This document shows, piece by piece, positions 10,866 through 21,005 of a stretch of DNA of 64,000 nt (its first letter is position 1; every line of letters begins with the position of its first letter). The translations under genes and the position numbers were made by a program. This DNA is from Buchnera aphidicola (Meitanaphis flavogallis) (GTDB taxonomy: Bacteria; Pseudomonadota; Gammaproteobacteria; Enterobacterales; Enterobacteriaceae). The DNA is taken from the NCBI GenBank assembly GCA_039830035.1, contig CP140038.1, positions 193,397-257,396 of the forward strand, in the 5' to 3' direction. The notes under the pieces are model-generated. The model made no database searches and was not told the origin of the DNA. It worked only from the letters and a program-made list of their open reading frames with translations.

Positions 10866-10948
10866 ACATATGTTATTGTTTCAAACAATGGGTATTTTAA
10901 AAAATTATTTTAAAAAATTGATAGAGTGTTGTTCTTGTTATTTTTTTT

Positions 10949-10979
10949 GTATATAGAGAAAAATTGTATCTCTATATAC
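10949..10979. terminator. Hairpin terminator between convergent ychF and thrC
   Basis: An 11 bp perfect stem (gtatatagaga/tctctatatac) with a 9 nt loop. A T8 run at 10941-10948 supplies the U-tract for the minus-strand thr operon. Confidence 0.6.
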
Positions 10980-10989
10980 GAATAATGTT

Positions 10990-12282
10990 TTATTTTTGTA
11001 ACAAAAAGTTTTTTAATATAGAAAAGTTGGGATTAATATTATGTGATAATAAAGGTAATTTAATTCGACTTTCTAATTCTATAGGTAAAGGTAAAGTTAT
11101 ATTTAATATTTTTTCTACTGTTTTTTTAAACTTAGATGGATGAGCAGTACCTAAAAATAAACCGAATTCGCTTTCTTTTATTTTATTTTTTAATAAGTAA
11201 TATGCTACTGCTGCATGTGGTTCTGAAATGTAACCTTTCTCTTTAAGTTCTCTTAAACTTTGTTTTGTTAATGAGTCAGATACACTACCAAATCTAAGTT
11301 TTTTTAATGGCCATGATTTTCTTTTATATAGTTCTTCTACTCTTGGCCAATTGTTTGGCTGGCTTATATCCATAGCATTGGATATAGTTGATATAGTATT
11401 TTTAGGTGACCATCTCCCTGTATTAAGAAATCTTGGTATTGTATCATTAGAATTTGTGGAAGCTATAAAATATTTTATAGGAAGTCCTAAAGATTTGGCT
11501 AATAATCCAGCAGTGATATTTCCGAAATTTCCACATGGTACAGATATAACTAGATTTTTCTTTTGTTCATCAGTAATTAAAGAAAATGCTTCAAAATAAT
11601 AGCATATTTGTGCGAATAATCTACTGATATTAATTGAATTTGCAGAATTAAGTCCTATTAATTTTTTGAGTTCATAGTCTTGAAAAGCTTGTTTAACTAA
11701 ATTTTGACACTCGTCGAAACTACCATTAATTGAAATAGTTGTTATATTTTCTCCTAATGTACAAAATAGTTTTTCTTGTAGTTCACTAATCTTTCCTTTA
11801 GGATACAGAATTATGACTCTAACATTTTTCATTTTGTAAAATGCGTGAGCAACTGCTGCTCCTGTATCTCCAGATGTAGCAGTCAAAATAGTTATAATAT
11901 CGTTTTTATTTTTGTTCAAAAAAGAAATAACATTAGCCATAAATCTTGCTCCAAAATCTTTAAAAGCAAGCGTAGGTCCATGAAATAGTTCAAAACAAGC
12001 TATATTTTCTGTAATTGGTACCATAATTGGAGTGATACAGGAAAATGCTGCGTTGATTTGTTCTGATAACTCCGATTTATCAATTTCGTTTCCTATAATA
12101 ATAGAGAGTATTTCACTGCTTCGTTCAAGAAAATTCATTTCTAGTAATTCTGAAAGTTTATTTTTGGAGATTATTGGTAGTTCTTTTGGAAAAAATAATC
12201 CTTGATTTTTTCCTAATCCAAGTGTTACAGCTTCTGAAAAATTAACTTCTTCTCTTATGTGTTTGATATTATAAAGTTTCAT
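10990..12282 (-). CDS. thrC: Threonine synthase
   Basis: 430 aa ORF with FHGPTLAFKDFG (PLP lysine) and TSGDTGAA motifs. Confidence 0.95.
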   Translation of the reverse strand: MKLYNIKHIREEVNFSEAVTLGLGKNQGLFFPKELPIISKNKLSELLEMNFLERSSEILSIIIGNEIDKSELSEQINAAFSCITPIMVPITENIACFELFHGPTLAFKDFGARFMANVISFLNKNKNDIITILTATSGDTGAAVAHAFYKMKNVRVIILYPKGKISELQEKLFCTLGENITTISINGSFDECQNLVKQAFQDYELKKLIGLNSANSINISRLFAQICYYFEAFSLITDEQKKNLVISVPCGNFGNITAGLLAKSLGLPIKYFIASTNSNDTIPRFLNTGRWSPKNTISTISNAMDISQPNNWPRVEELYKRKSWPLKKLRFGSVSDSLTKQSLRELKEKGYISEPHAAVAYYLLKNKIKESEFGLFLGTAHPSKFKKTVEKILNITLPLPIELESRIKLPLLSHNINPNFSILKNFLLQK

Positions 12283-12285
12283 GTA

Positions 12286-13215
12286 TTATCCTATTTGTCG
12301 AGTACCTATGGTATCTAATTTACAAATATGAACAAATCCTTGGTCAGTTTGGAGATAGTTTTTATGAAGCCATGTTTTTATGTTTTTTGCAATTTTTATA
12401 TCATCAGAAATAGCAAAAATTGTTGGGCCTGATCCTGATATTCCAAATCCTATAGATCCTATTTTTTTAATTTCTTTTCGTGTTTTTAAAAAGTTGGGTA
12501 ATAATTTAATTCGATACGGTTCAGCAATAACGTCATTCATGAGCTGCGCGGCTAATTTAGGTTGTTTTGTATATAAAGAATGGATAAACCCGGCTAAATA
12601 ACGACTATGTTTAATACAGATATCTTTACTATATTTTAAAGGTAAAATAGTCCTTGCATCTGCTGTTGTTATTTTTACTCCAGGCCAAGCAATAATCCAT
12701 AACCAGTTTTTAAACATTGGTAATTGTTGGCATATAACGTTTTTTTTATTAATTATTAATTGAAGTCCTCCTAGAAAACAAGGTGCAACATTATCATAGT
12801 GTACGCTACCAGATATTTTCCCTTCTATTTTTCCCATAAGTAGTAGCAGATCAGCTGTTTTAATGGGATTATTAAAATATGTATTTATGGCAATAATAGA
12901 AGCAACAACAGAACAAGCACTAGATCCTAACCCTGATCCAATTGGCATATTTTTTTCCAGGGTTATAGTAATTGGAATGTTTTTTTTTAAAAGTGAACAA
13001 AAATAGGTCCAACATTTCCAAACTATATTTTTGTTAATATTTGTTGGTAGTTGATTTGAAAATGTTCCTTTATTTATTAAATTAAATGTTTTTGAAGGGG
13101 TTATAGTGACAATGTCTCCCAAAAACGATCCATCTATTGGTGCAATGGCAGCACCTAATACGTCAAATCCAACTCCTACATTTCCAATTGACGCAGGAGA
13201 ATAAATTTTTATCAT
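12286..13215 (-). CDS. thrB: Homoserine kinase
   Basis: 309 aa ORF with the GHMP kinase motif [12 protein letters not shown]. It lies 3 nt upstream of thrC. Confidence 0.95.
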   Translation of the reverse strand: MIKIYSPASIGNVGVGFDVLGAAIAPIDGSFLGDIVTITPSKTFNLINKGTFSNQLPTNINKNIVWKCWTYFCSLLKKNIPITITLEKNMPIGSGLGSSACSVVASIIAINTYFNNPIKTADLLLLMGKIEGKISGSVHYDNVAPCFLGGLQLIINKKNVICQQLPMFKNWLWIIAWPGVKITTADARTILPLKYSKDICIKHSRYLAGFIHSLYTKQPKLAAQLMNDVIAEPYRIKLLPNFLKTRKEIKKIGSIGFGISGSGPTIFAISDDIKIAKNIKTWLHKNYLQTDQGFVHICKLDTIGTRQIG

Positions 13216-13232
13216 TATTTATACCCCTTGTT

Positions 13233-15680
13233 TTATAACAATATTCGTAGTATGTCGGAAAACACTCCAGCAGCAGTAACGTTGTTTCCTGCTCCGTATC
13301 CTCTTAATACTAATGGAATTGGTTGATAGTATTTACTATAAAAAGCCAATGCATTTTCTCCATTTTTAATTTCATATAATGGATCTTTTTTATCAACTTC
13401 ATCTAATTTTACTTGACAATATCCTTCTTTTTCAATAATTCCAACAAATCTTAGAGTTTTTCCTGATTTTTTTGTTTTTTCCATTTTTTTGAAAAACATT
13501 TGATCTAATTTTTTTAGTTGTATCATAAAATCATTAGTATTAGAAATGGAGTTAAATTCTTTAGGCAATATAGAATCAATTTTAATATCACTTAATTCTA
13601 ATTTTAGTCCAGTTTCTCGAGCTAATATAAGTAATTTTCGTGCTACGTCTATTCCAGAAAGATCATCTTTTGGATTGGGTTCAGTAAATCCAAGTTTTTG
13701 TGCTTGTTTTGTTGCTTCAGAAAGTGATATGTTATCTTCTAATTTTCCAAAAATAAAAGATAATGATCCTGATAAAATCCCTCTAAAATGTATTAATTTG
13801 TCTCCAGAATGTAATAAATTTTTTAAATTTTCTATTATAGGTAAACCAGCTCCGACATTAGTTTCATATAAAAATTTTTTATTAGCGCATAATGCTGCTA
13901 GTCTGACTTCTTGATAATATTTTAAACTAGATGTATTAGCTTTCTTGTTAGATGTTACTATATTAAATTTATTATTAAGTAATATAGGATATTGATGGGC
14001 TATTTTTTGGTCAGAAGTACAATCTACTAAAATTGGATTAATCAAAGTACTATTTTTAGATATCTGTATTAAATCATTTATTTCAAATGATTGAGTTGAC
14101 ATAGAAAGAGATTGATTCCAACTATTTAAATCAATTCCGTTCATATTTACTAGGAATTTTTTTGAATTCGCGATTCCATATACTCTTAAATCAATATTTT
14201 TCGATTTTAGTGAACATTGTTGCTTATTCAATTGTTGTAATAAAGTAGCTCCTACGCCTCCGACACCAATTAAAAATAATTCAATGATACGATTTTTTTT
14301 GAATAACATGTGATGGATTATCTTAATTCCAGATATAGAAAAAGTGTTTTCTATTACTATTGAAATAGAATGTTTGGATGGTTCTTTTACGATAGCAAAT
14401 ATTTTTGCATTAGTTTTAGATAATGCTGAAAACGTTTTATATAAGATATTTTTTTGTGTTTCTATTCCTGATCCTACAATTGATAGAATAGCTAATTTTT
14501 CTATTATTTGTATTGGCATCAATAGTTTATTGTTTAATTCTAACTGAAATTCATTTTCTAATATATTTCGTGTTTTGTTTGCATGATGTTGAGATATACA
14601 AAAGCTAACGTTCACTTCTGAGAAGGATTGCATGATAAGTATTATTTCAATTTTACTTAAAGACATAGCAGAGAATATTCGAGATATTATGGGTGTCATG
14701 TTGTGTATTCCAGATCCCGATATATTGAACATAGCAATATCATTTAAATGTGCGATTCCTTTGATAGGCATTTTGATATCGTCTGGGTGTTTGCATATTA
14801 TTGTCCCGATAGAATTTGGATTTTCGGTATTTTTAATTAAACATGGAATTTGAAATTTTGAAATAGGAGCAATAGTTCTAGGATGTAATACTTTTGCTCC
14901 GAAATAAGATAATTCCATAGCTTCTTGATATGAAAGGGATTTTAATAATTTAGCGTTTTTTATTATTTTAGGATCGCATGTGTATATTCCATCTACGTCT
15001 GTCCATATTTCGCATACATTCCCTTTTAAGCATACAGACAGAATAGCTGCAGAATAATCAGAACCATTTCGTCCTAAAACAACTAATTGGTTACTTTTAT
15101 TTCCAGCAATAAAACCAGCCATCAATATAATATGGTTTTTAGGGATGTTGATTGCATTAATTCTTTGCGTAGAAGTGTTAATGTCGATAGTAGAATTTAG
15201 ATATTCACCTATTGCTAAAAGACTTTTTACTGGATCAATAATAGTAATTTTGTAAAGCTCAGATTTTAAGATACCATCCATGATGACTATAGATAGTAAT
15301 TCTCCAAAGCAAATTATTTTAGCCCGAATATTATCAGGACATTGATTTAATAAACTTATTCCGTGAAAAATATGTTTGAGTTTTAAAAATTTGTGTTCAA
15401 TAATATCTGTAATTTTTTTATATGGAAAATTACTATTTGTTATATATATATCAGTAGTTATCTTAGAAAAAATGTTTTTTATTATATATATATCTGATTG
15501 TGTATTTTGTTTGTTAATAGCTTTTTCTATTGCATTAATTAAAAGATTAGTAATTTTCTCAGGTGCAGAGAGTACAATAGCTACTTGTTCTTTTTCAAAA
15601 CTTGCTTTAATAATTTTCGATACAGATAAAAATTTTTTTGCATTGGCTAGTGAAGTTCCACCAAATTTAAGTATTTTCAT
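13233..15680 (-). CDS. thrA: Bifunctional aspartokinase I / homoserine dehydrogenase I
   Basis: 815 aa ORF. N-terminus is [13 protein letters not shown], and [10 protein letters not shown] marks the dehydrogenase domain. AGGA lies 11 nt upstream of the ATG. Confidence 0.95.
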   Translation of the reverse strand: MKILKFGGTSLANAKKFLSVSKIIKASFEKEQVAIVLSAPEKITNLLINAIEKAINKQNTQSDIYIIKNIFSKITTDIYITNSNFPYKKITDIIEHKFLKLKHIFHGISLLNQCPDNIRAKIICFGELLSIVIMDGILKSELYKITIIDPVKSLLAIGEYLNSTIDINTSTQRINAINIPKNHIILMAGFIAGNKSNQLVVLGRNGSDYSAAILSVCLKGNVCEIWTDVDGIYTCDPKIIKNAKLLKSLSYQEAMELSYFGAKVLHPRTIAPISKFQIPCLIKNTENPNSIGTIICKHPDDIKMPIKGIAHLNDIAMFNISGSGIHNMTPIISRIFSAMSLSKIEIILIMQSFSEVNVSFCISQHHANKTRNILENEFQLELNNKLLMPIQIIEKLAILSIVGSGIETQKNILYKTFSALSKTNAKIFAIVKEPSKHSISIVIENTFSISGIKIIHHMLFKKNRIIELFLIGVGGVGATLLQQLNKQQCSLKSKNIDLRVYGIANSKKFLVNMNGIDLNSWNQSLSMSTQSFEINDLIQISKNSTLINPILVDCTSDQKIAHQYPILLNNKFNIVTSNKKANTSSLKYYQEVRLAALCANKKFLYETNVGAGLPIIENLKNLLHSGDKLIHFRGILSGSLSFIFGKLEDNISLSEATKQAQKLGFTEPNPKDDLSGIDVARKLLILARETGLKLELSDIKIDSILPKEFNSISNTNDFMIQLKKLDQMFFKKMEKTKKSGKTLRFVGIIEKEGYCQVKLDEVDKKDPLYEIKNGENALAFYSKYYQPIPLVLRGYGAGNNVTAAGVFSDILRILL

Positions 15681-16613
15681 ATTTACAATATTCCTGAAGA
15701 AAATATATAAGAAAAGCCCACACTTTGCAAAAGAGTAAGCTCTTTTTATGTATATAGCTTAGTTTGAACTAATTTTAAATGCATTTTTTGGAATTAATAT
15801 ATGTATATTTTTGAATAAAAATTGTACATTTTTATTCTTAGGTATATCAATTGTATTTAATGATAATTTTTTAATTTAAAATGTATTGAACTATTGTGAT
15901 AGTGCATGACGAATTTATTATTTAATATATTATCATATCTATAATAAAAATATTTTTTATTTCATGAAATATACAAGACATTTAATTAAATGTTTTTCAT
16001 ATGATAAAAATTTTACTTTTAAAAATATTTTATATTATATGTCTTCAAAATAAAGTTTAAATTTTAATTATTACTAGCGATGTTTCATTGTTGATATTAT
16101 TGTTATAATAAAAAGTAATACAAAAAATAATAGTATGTTTTAGTTTTTTTAATTTTTGTGAATAATTTATAATGAGTTATTAATGTTTAATATAAAATTT
16201 GTTTTTTTTAATGATCTTTTTTAGTTTTAGAAACGATTTTATTTTGAATAAACAACAAAAATTTTGTAAAATTTAGAAAAAATATTTATTTCAAGAATAT
16301 TATAATGATGAGGATATTATTAATTTGGAATTTAATGTGAATAAAATATTAAAATTATATACGCTAAAATTTGCGTCATCTTATATTATGAAACAAGTAT
16401 GAATATTAAAGAGCTAAAATTTGTGTAGATTTTTTTATTAGTTTTTTATTTAAAATAATTTTATAATAAATTATACAATCAATTATATTAAATTATATTA
16501 TTTTTTATATTATAAGTATAATAAAATTAAAATAATTTGGACTTATATAATATGATTTGGGATTTTCTATAAGGATAGAGTATGACTTTCGTGCAATGTT
16601 AACATAGTATTAG

Positions 16614-16640
16614 AGTGAAACGGGTTATGTCCCGTTCACT
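16614..16640. terminator. GC-rich hairpin just downstream of dksA (possible terminator or processing site)
   Basis: The stem agtga(a)acggg / cccgttcact has 10 bp with one bulge and a 6 nt loop. It lies 20 nt beyond the dksA stop. There is no clear U-tract on the dksA strand. Confidence 0.4.
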
Positions 16641-16659
16641 ATAATATTTTATATGAATT

Positions 16660-17115
16660 TTATCCCAATATTTGTTTTTTTCTAATTTCTGCTAATGTTT
16701 TGCAGTCTATACATAAATTAGCAGTAGGTCTTGCTTCTAATCTACGTATTCCAATTTCTACTCCGCATGATTCGCAATATCCAAAATCATTTTCTTCTAC
16801 TTTTTTTAAAGTTTTTTCTATTTTTTCTATTAATTTTCTTTCTCTATCTCGATGGCGCAATTCAAAGCTAAATTCTTCTTCTTGTACAGCACGATCAATG
16901 GGATCTGGAAAATTCGTAGTTTTTTCTTGTATATACAATTTTTTTTTAGGTATATCGTTCTTTAATTGAGTAACCCAAGCAAGAAGAATTTTTTTAAAGT
17001 GATTGATTTGTTTGGTGTTCATATATTTTTCGTTTTTTTTATTTTCATAAGGTTGTACTCCCGCCATAAATAGTATACTCAAGGAAGATACTTTTTTATC
17101 TTTTTCTTTTTGCAT
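16660..17115 (-). CDS. dksA: RNA polymerase-binding transcription factor DksA
   Basis: 151 aa ORF that is near-colinear with E. coli DksA ([28 protein letters not shown], and the [25 protein letters not shown] zinc finger). Confidence 0.96.
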   Translation of the reverse strand: MQKEKDKKVSSLSILFMAGVQPYENKKNEKYMNTKQINHFKKILLAWVTQLKNDIPKKKLYIQEKTTNFPDPIDRAVQEEEFSFELRHRDRERKLIEKIEKTLKKVEENDFGYCESCGVEIGIRRLEARPTANLCIDCKTLAEIRKKQILG

Positions 17116-17470
17116 GATATATTTCCTATGGATTAATTATATTTAAAACAAAATTATAACTGTATAATTTAAAATAAATATTGTGGATTAAATATATAGA
17201 TTGAATTTTTTTTATTTTCTGATGTTATATAGTTATTACATTTTATACAGTATAATATTGATCTCTTTTTTAACAGTGTTTGTTTTACAGTACGTCGATA
17301 ATATCAAAATATAAATTTATTGTAAATTTTATACTTTTTAAAAAAATAAGTTTATTTCGTGTTTAAAGTAGTTATTTTTTAAATTAAAATAATTATAGAA
17401 ATTAATGAAATGTTAATTTCAAATAAAAGTAGTGTTATGTATCTTTTATTTTAATTTAGGTGATTACTTA

Positions 17471-18289
17471 ATGAAAAAAATAAATAATCGTACAAAAATC
17501 GCATTAGGTATTGAATATCAAGGAAGTAATTATCACGGATGGCAATATCAACAATCGGTATCAAATATTCAAGAAAAATTGGAAATTGCATTATCAATCG
17601 TAGCTAATCATGCAGTAGATATTTATTGCGCAGGACGAACTGATTCTGGTGTGCATAGTACTGAACAAGTAGTTCATTTTTATACTTCTTCTATTAGAAA
17701 GCGTAATTCCTGGATAATCGGAGTAAATCGATATTTACCTAAAGATATTTCTGTATTATGGAAAAAAAAAGTTCCGGAATTTTTTCATGCACGTCATAGT
17801 GCTTTATCTCGTAGATATCGTTATATCATTTATAATTATCAGTGTCGTTCGTCTATCTTTTCAAAAGGATTATATAGTTTTTATAAAAAATTAAATGTAC
17901 TAAAAATGAATCGTGCTGCTAAGTTTTTAATTGGTGAACATGATTTTACTTCGTTTAGAGCAGTAAATTGTCAGTCATGCACACCTATTCGTAGAATTAT
18001 TTCCTTAAAAGTATTTAGCATAAATCGATTAGTGGTTATTGACATTACAGCAAATTCGTTTTTATATCATATGGTTCGCAATATCGTAGGATGTTTAATT
18101 GATATTGGTGTATCTAAGTATAGTGAATATTGGATGAAAGAATTACTATTATCTAGAAACAGAAAATTAGCATCTCCCACAGCTAAACCGGAAGGTTTAT
18201 ATTTAGTTAAAGTTCGGTATCCTAGTATTTTTAATTTGCCGAATACTTCCATCGGTCCTTTTTTTATATGCAAATCAATGTCATATTAA
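17471..18289 (+). CDS. truA: tRNA pseudouridine(38-40) synthase
   Basis: KIALGIEYQGSNYHGWQYQ and CAGRTDSGVHS (catalytic Asp) motifs. I start it at ATG 17471 (AGGTGA 8 nt upstream) rather than the track start at 17432. Confidence 0.92.
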   Translation: MKKINNRTKIALGIEYQGSNYHGWQYQQSVSNIQEKLEIALSIVANHAVDIYCAGRTDSGVHSTEQVVHFYTSSIRKRNSWIIGVNRYLPKDISVLWKKKVPEFFHARHSALSRRYRYIIYNYQCRSSIFSKGLYSFYKKLNVLKMNRAAKFLIGEHDFTSFRAVNCQSCTPIRRIISLKVFSINRLVVIDITANSFLYHMVRNIVGCLIDIGVSKYSEYWMKELLLSRNRKLASPTAKPEGLYLVKVRYPSIFNLPNTSIGPFFICKSMSY

Positions 18290-18527
18290 TGTTGCAAAGG
18301 ATTTTTTTATCAACTTATGTAAAATAATATAAAACTTATGTGTTATTTTGTATGAATTTATGATATTAACTTTTTATGTTTATATGAATGATATATTATT
18401 TTTGGTTTTTATGATAATTTTAATCTGGCATATGATAGTTCTTTTTTAGTGTTAATTTATGTTCTGAAATCAGCATTATTTTGACAATATGTTGAAAGTT
18501 TTATATGTGGTGTAAAGGCTATTGGTA

Positions 18528-20753
18528 ATGTATAAAATTAATATAAGATTAAATGCGATTTTTTTAATAAAGATGTTTTTATTATTATTTTTTTCAATAA
18601 TACTATATGGCTTTTTTTTATATATTAAAATAAGTTTTTTTATTAATGAAAAAATATGGAAGTTACCTGTATTAATATACAGTAGAGTTATTACTTTAGA
18701 ACCTGGAAACCACTATACTAAACAAGAGATGATATCTATATTAAAAGGAATTCGATATAACTATGTATCTGTTTTAAAAACATCTGGAGAGTTTATTGCA
18801 AATAAAAATAGTATAACGTTGATTAGGCGACCTTTTTGCTTTCCTGATGGAAGAGAAGATAAAGTTTATGCTAAATTGTATTTTTCGCGTAATATGTTAA
18901 TAAGAATTAAAAATTTGTCTAATAATCATGATTTTGGCATATTGCGTTTAGATCCTCAGTTAATTACTATGTTAAATTCTCCAAATGGGGAACAACGATT
19001 ATTTTTATCTAGGCAACATTATCCTAAGATGTTAATTGATGCATTGCTGACTGTAGAGGACCGATATTTTTATAATCATGATGGGATCAATATTTATTCT
19101 ATTATCCGTGCTTTTTTAGCTAATATTCATGCTGGTTGCACTATTCAAGGTGGAAGCACTTTAACGCAACAATTGGTAAAAAATTTATTTTTAACTAATA
19201 CTCGATCATTCTGGAGGAAAATTAATGAAGTATATATGGCATTACTTATGGATTGGAAATATAGTAAAGATCAAATTTTAGAGTTGTATTTGAATGAAGT
19301 TTATTTAGGACAAGATGGTAAAAATGCAATTAGAGGATTTCCGTTAGCAAGTTTATATTATTTTGGTCGTCCTATAAATGAACTAAGTTTGGATCAGTAT
19401 GCATTATTAGTTGGTATGATGAAAGGAGCTTCTTTGTATAATCCTTGGAGCAATCCTATTTTATCATTAAATCGACGTAATGTAGTTTTACATATGTTAT
19501 TTAAACAAAACATTATTAACAAAAATTTATATAGTGTTCTTGTAAAAAAATCTTTAAATGTTGAACCTCGAGGTAGTATTTTTTCACCTAAATCTGCGTT
19601 TATACAAATCATTCAAAAAGAATTTAAAGAAAAGTTAGGTAAGGATATTAACAATTTATCAGGAATAAAAATTTTTACTACATTAGATCTCATATCTCAA
19701 ATTTCTGCAGAATATGCTGTAAGAAATATTATACCTATATTAAAGAAAAAAAAACATCTTAAAGATTTAGAAACAGCAATAATTATTATTGATAGAGTTA
19801 ATGGAGAAATTCAAGGTGTGTTGGGTAGTTCTAATCCGGATGTATTAGGATATAATCGAGCAATTCAAGCACGACGTTCAATTGGATCATTATCTAAACC
19901 TATAACATATTTAACTGCTTTAGCTCAGCCAGAGCATTTTAATTTAGGTACTTGGATTGCAGATATACCTATTTCTATAAAATTAAATAATGGAACAATA
20001 TGGAAACCTCAAAATAGTAATTTTAAATTTATGAATAAAGTCATGTTAATTGATGCCTTAAGTTATTCAATTAATGTTCCTACAGTTAATCTTAGCATGA
20101 AATTAGGATTAAAAACATTAGTTAAAACTTGGATAGAATTAGGTTTACATAATAATCAATTATTTGTTAGTCCTTCTATATCTTTGGGATCAATTAATTT
20201 AACTCCTATGGAAGTAGCTAAAATTTTTCAAGTTATAGCTAGCGGTGGAAATAAATCGAATTTGTTTTCTATTCAGTCAGTAATGTCTGAAGATAATATT
20301 ACATTGTACAGTAGTTTACCTCAATCTGAAAGAATAATTTCTAAACAAGCTTCATATTTGACACTATATGCTATGCAATCAGTAGTTAAATACGGTACTG
20401 CAAGACAATTGGGAATGTTATTTAAAGATACTTTTTTAGCGGGTAAAACAGGAACAACAAACAATTTAGTCGATAGTTGGTTCGTTGGTATTGATGGGAA
20501 ACAAGTAGTAATAATTTGGATTGGAAGGGATAATAATGAATCTTCTAAATTTTATGGATCTTCTGGTGCAATGCAAATTTATCGTCATTATTTGCAACTT
20601 CATCAACCTCAACCTCTTATTTTAATACCTCCTACAGATGTAAATTTATTAAGTATCAATTTTGAAGGTAATATAGTATGTAATATTCAATCTAACGATG
20701 TTTATCGTTATTTACCGATATGGAATAAAAATGGAATAGTGTTATGTAATTAG
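18528..20753 (+). CDS. mrcB: Penicillin-binding protein 1B (glycosyltransferase/transpeptidase)
   Basis: Colinear with E. coli PBP1b: EDRYFYNHDGI, GGSTLTQQLVKN, SIGSLSKP (SxxK) and KTGTTNN motifs. The start may be ATG 18528 or TTG 18522. Confidence 0.93.
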   Translation: MYKINIRLNAIFLIKMFLLLFFSIILYGFFLYIKISFFINEKIWKLPVLIYSRVITLEPGNHYTKQEMISILKGIRYNYVSVLKTSGEFIANKNSITLIRRPFCFPDGREDKVYAKLYFSRNMLIRIKNLSNNHDFGILRLDPQLITMLNSPNGEQRLFLSRQHYPKMLIDALLTVEDRYFYNHDGINIYSIIRAFLANIHAGCTIQGGSTLTQQLVKNLFLTNTRSFWRKINEVYMALLMDWKYSKDQILELYLNEVYLGQDGKNAIRGFPLASLYYFGRPINELSLDQYALLVGMMKGASLYNPWSNPILSLNRRNVVLHMLFKQNIINKNLYSVLVKKSLNVEPRGSIFSPKSAFIQIIQKEFKEKLGKDINNLSGIKIFTTLDLISQISAEYAVRNIIPILKKKKHLKDLETAIIIIDRVNGEIQGVLGSSNPDVLGYNRAIQARRSIGSLSKPITYLTALAQPEHFNLGTWIADIPISIKLNNGTIWKPQNSNFKFMNKVMLIDALSYSINVPTVNLSMKLGLKTLVKTWIELGLHNNQLFVSPSISLGSINLTPMEVAKIFQVIASGGNKSNLFSIQSVMSEDNITLYSSLPQSERIISKQASYLTLYAMQSVVKYGTARQLGMLFKDTFLAGKTGTTNNLVDSWFVGIDGKQVVIIWIGRDNNESSKFYGSSGAMQIYRHYLQLHQPQPLILIPPTDVNLLSINFEGNIVCNIQSNDVYRYLPIWNKNGIVLCN

Positions 20754-21005
20754 ATTTTGTTAAAATTATTTAAAGTAATAGTAGATGTTTAATTACAAAA
20801 TATTAAATAAAATATTTGATTGTAAAATAATAATAATCTATTTATTTTTTTATTTGATATGACTTAGTATATTGAAATAATTTTATAATTCGATAACAAA
20901 TAAAATAGTTTGACTTCATTTTATACAATATTTTATGTGGCATTAATAAATTTCATATAAAATATAATGTTTTAATATTCTATTCAAACGTGAGTATAAA
21001 TTAAT

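Noticed and set aside
13546-13914. Antisense ORFs of 60-130 aa in the track lie opposite conserved genes. Examples are 13546-13914, 14344-14547, 14632-14853 and 15376-15738 opposite thrA. Others are 33291-34345 opposite ftsZ, 35312-35707 opposite ftsA/ftsQ, 46958-47269 and 47767-47976 opposite ftsI, 57286-57609 opposite rpsB, 58645-58956 opposite pyrH, and 29511-29819 opposite aceF.
   Set aside because: Each lies wholly inside, and antisense to, a gene with unambiguous homology. Their products are Phe/Ile/Leu/Ser-rich low-complexity strings, as expected from reading AT-rich coding DNA backwards. None has its own ribosome-binding site or a recognisable motif.
15746-15784. A possible thr operon leader peptide and attenuator upstream of thrA. 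It is a 12-codon minus-strand ORF ([12 protein letters not shown]) followed by a weak AAAAGAG/CTCTTTT hairpin.
   Set aside because: The peptide has no Thr/Ile run like E. coli ThrL. The hairpin is 7 bp and mostly A:T. I cannot draw alternative antiterminator pairings. It is most likely chance or a dead relic.
16440-16560. AT-rich short direct repeats (attatatta, aattatat and similar) in the long spacers, considered as a possible CRISPR array, iterons or mobile-element ends.
   Set aside because: The units are 6-10 nt of pure A/T with irregular spacing and no conserved repeat-spacer architecture. No cas, transposase or integrase genes occur anywhere in the window. This is expected by chance at this composition.
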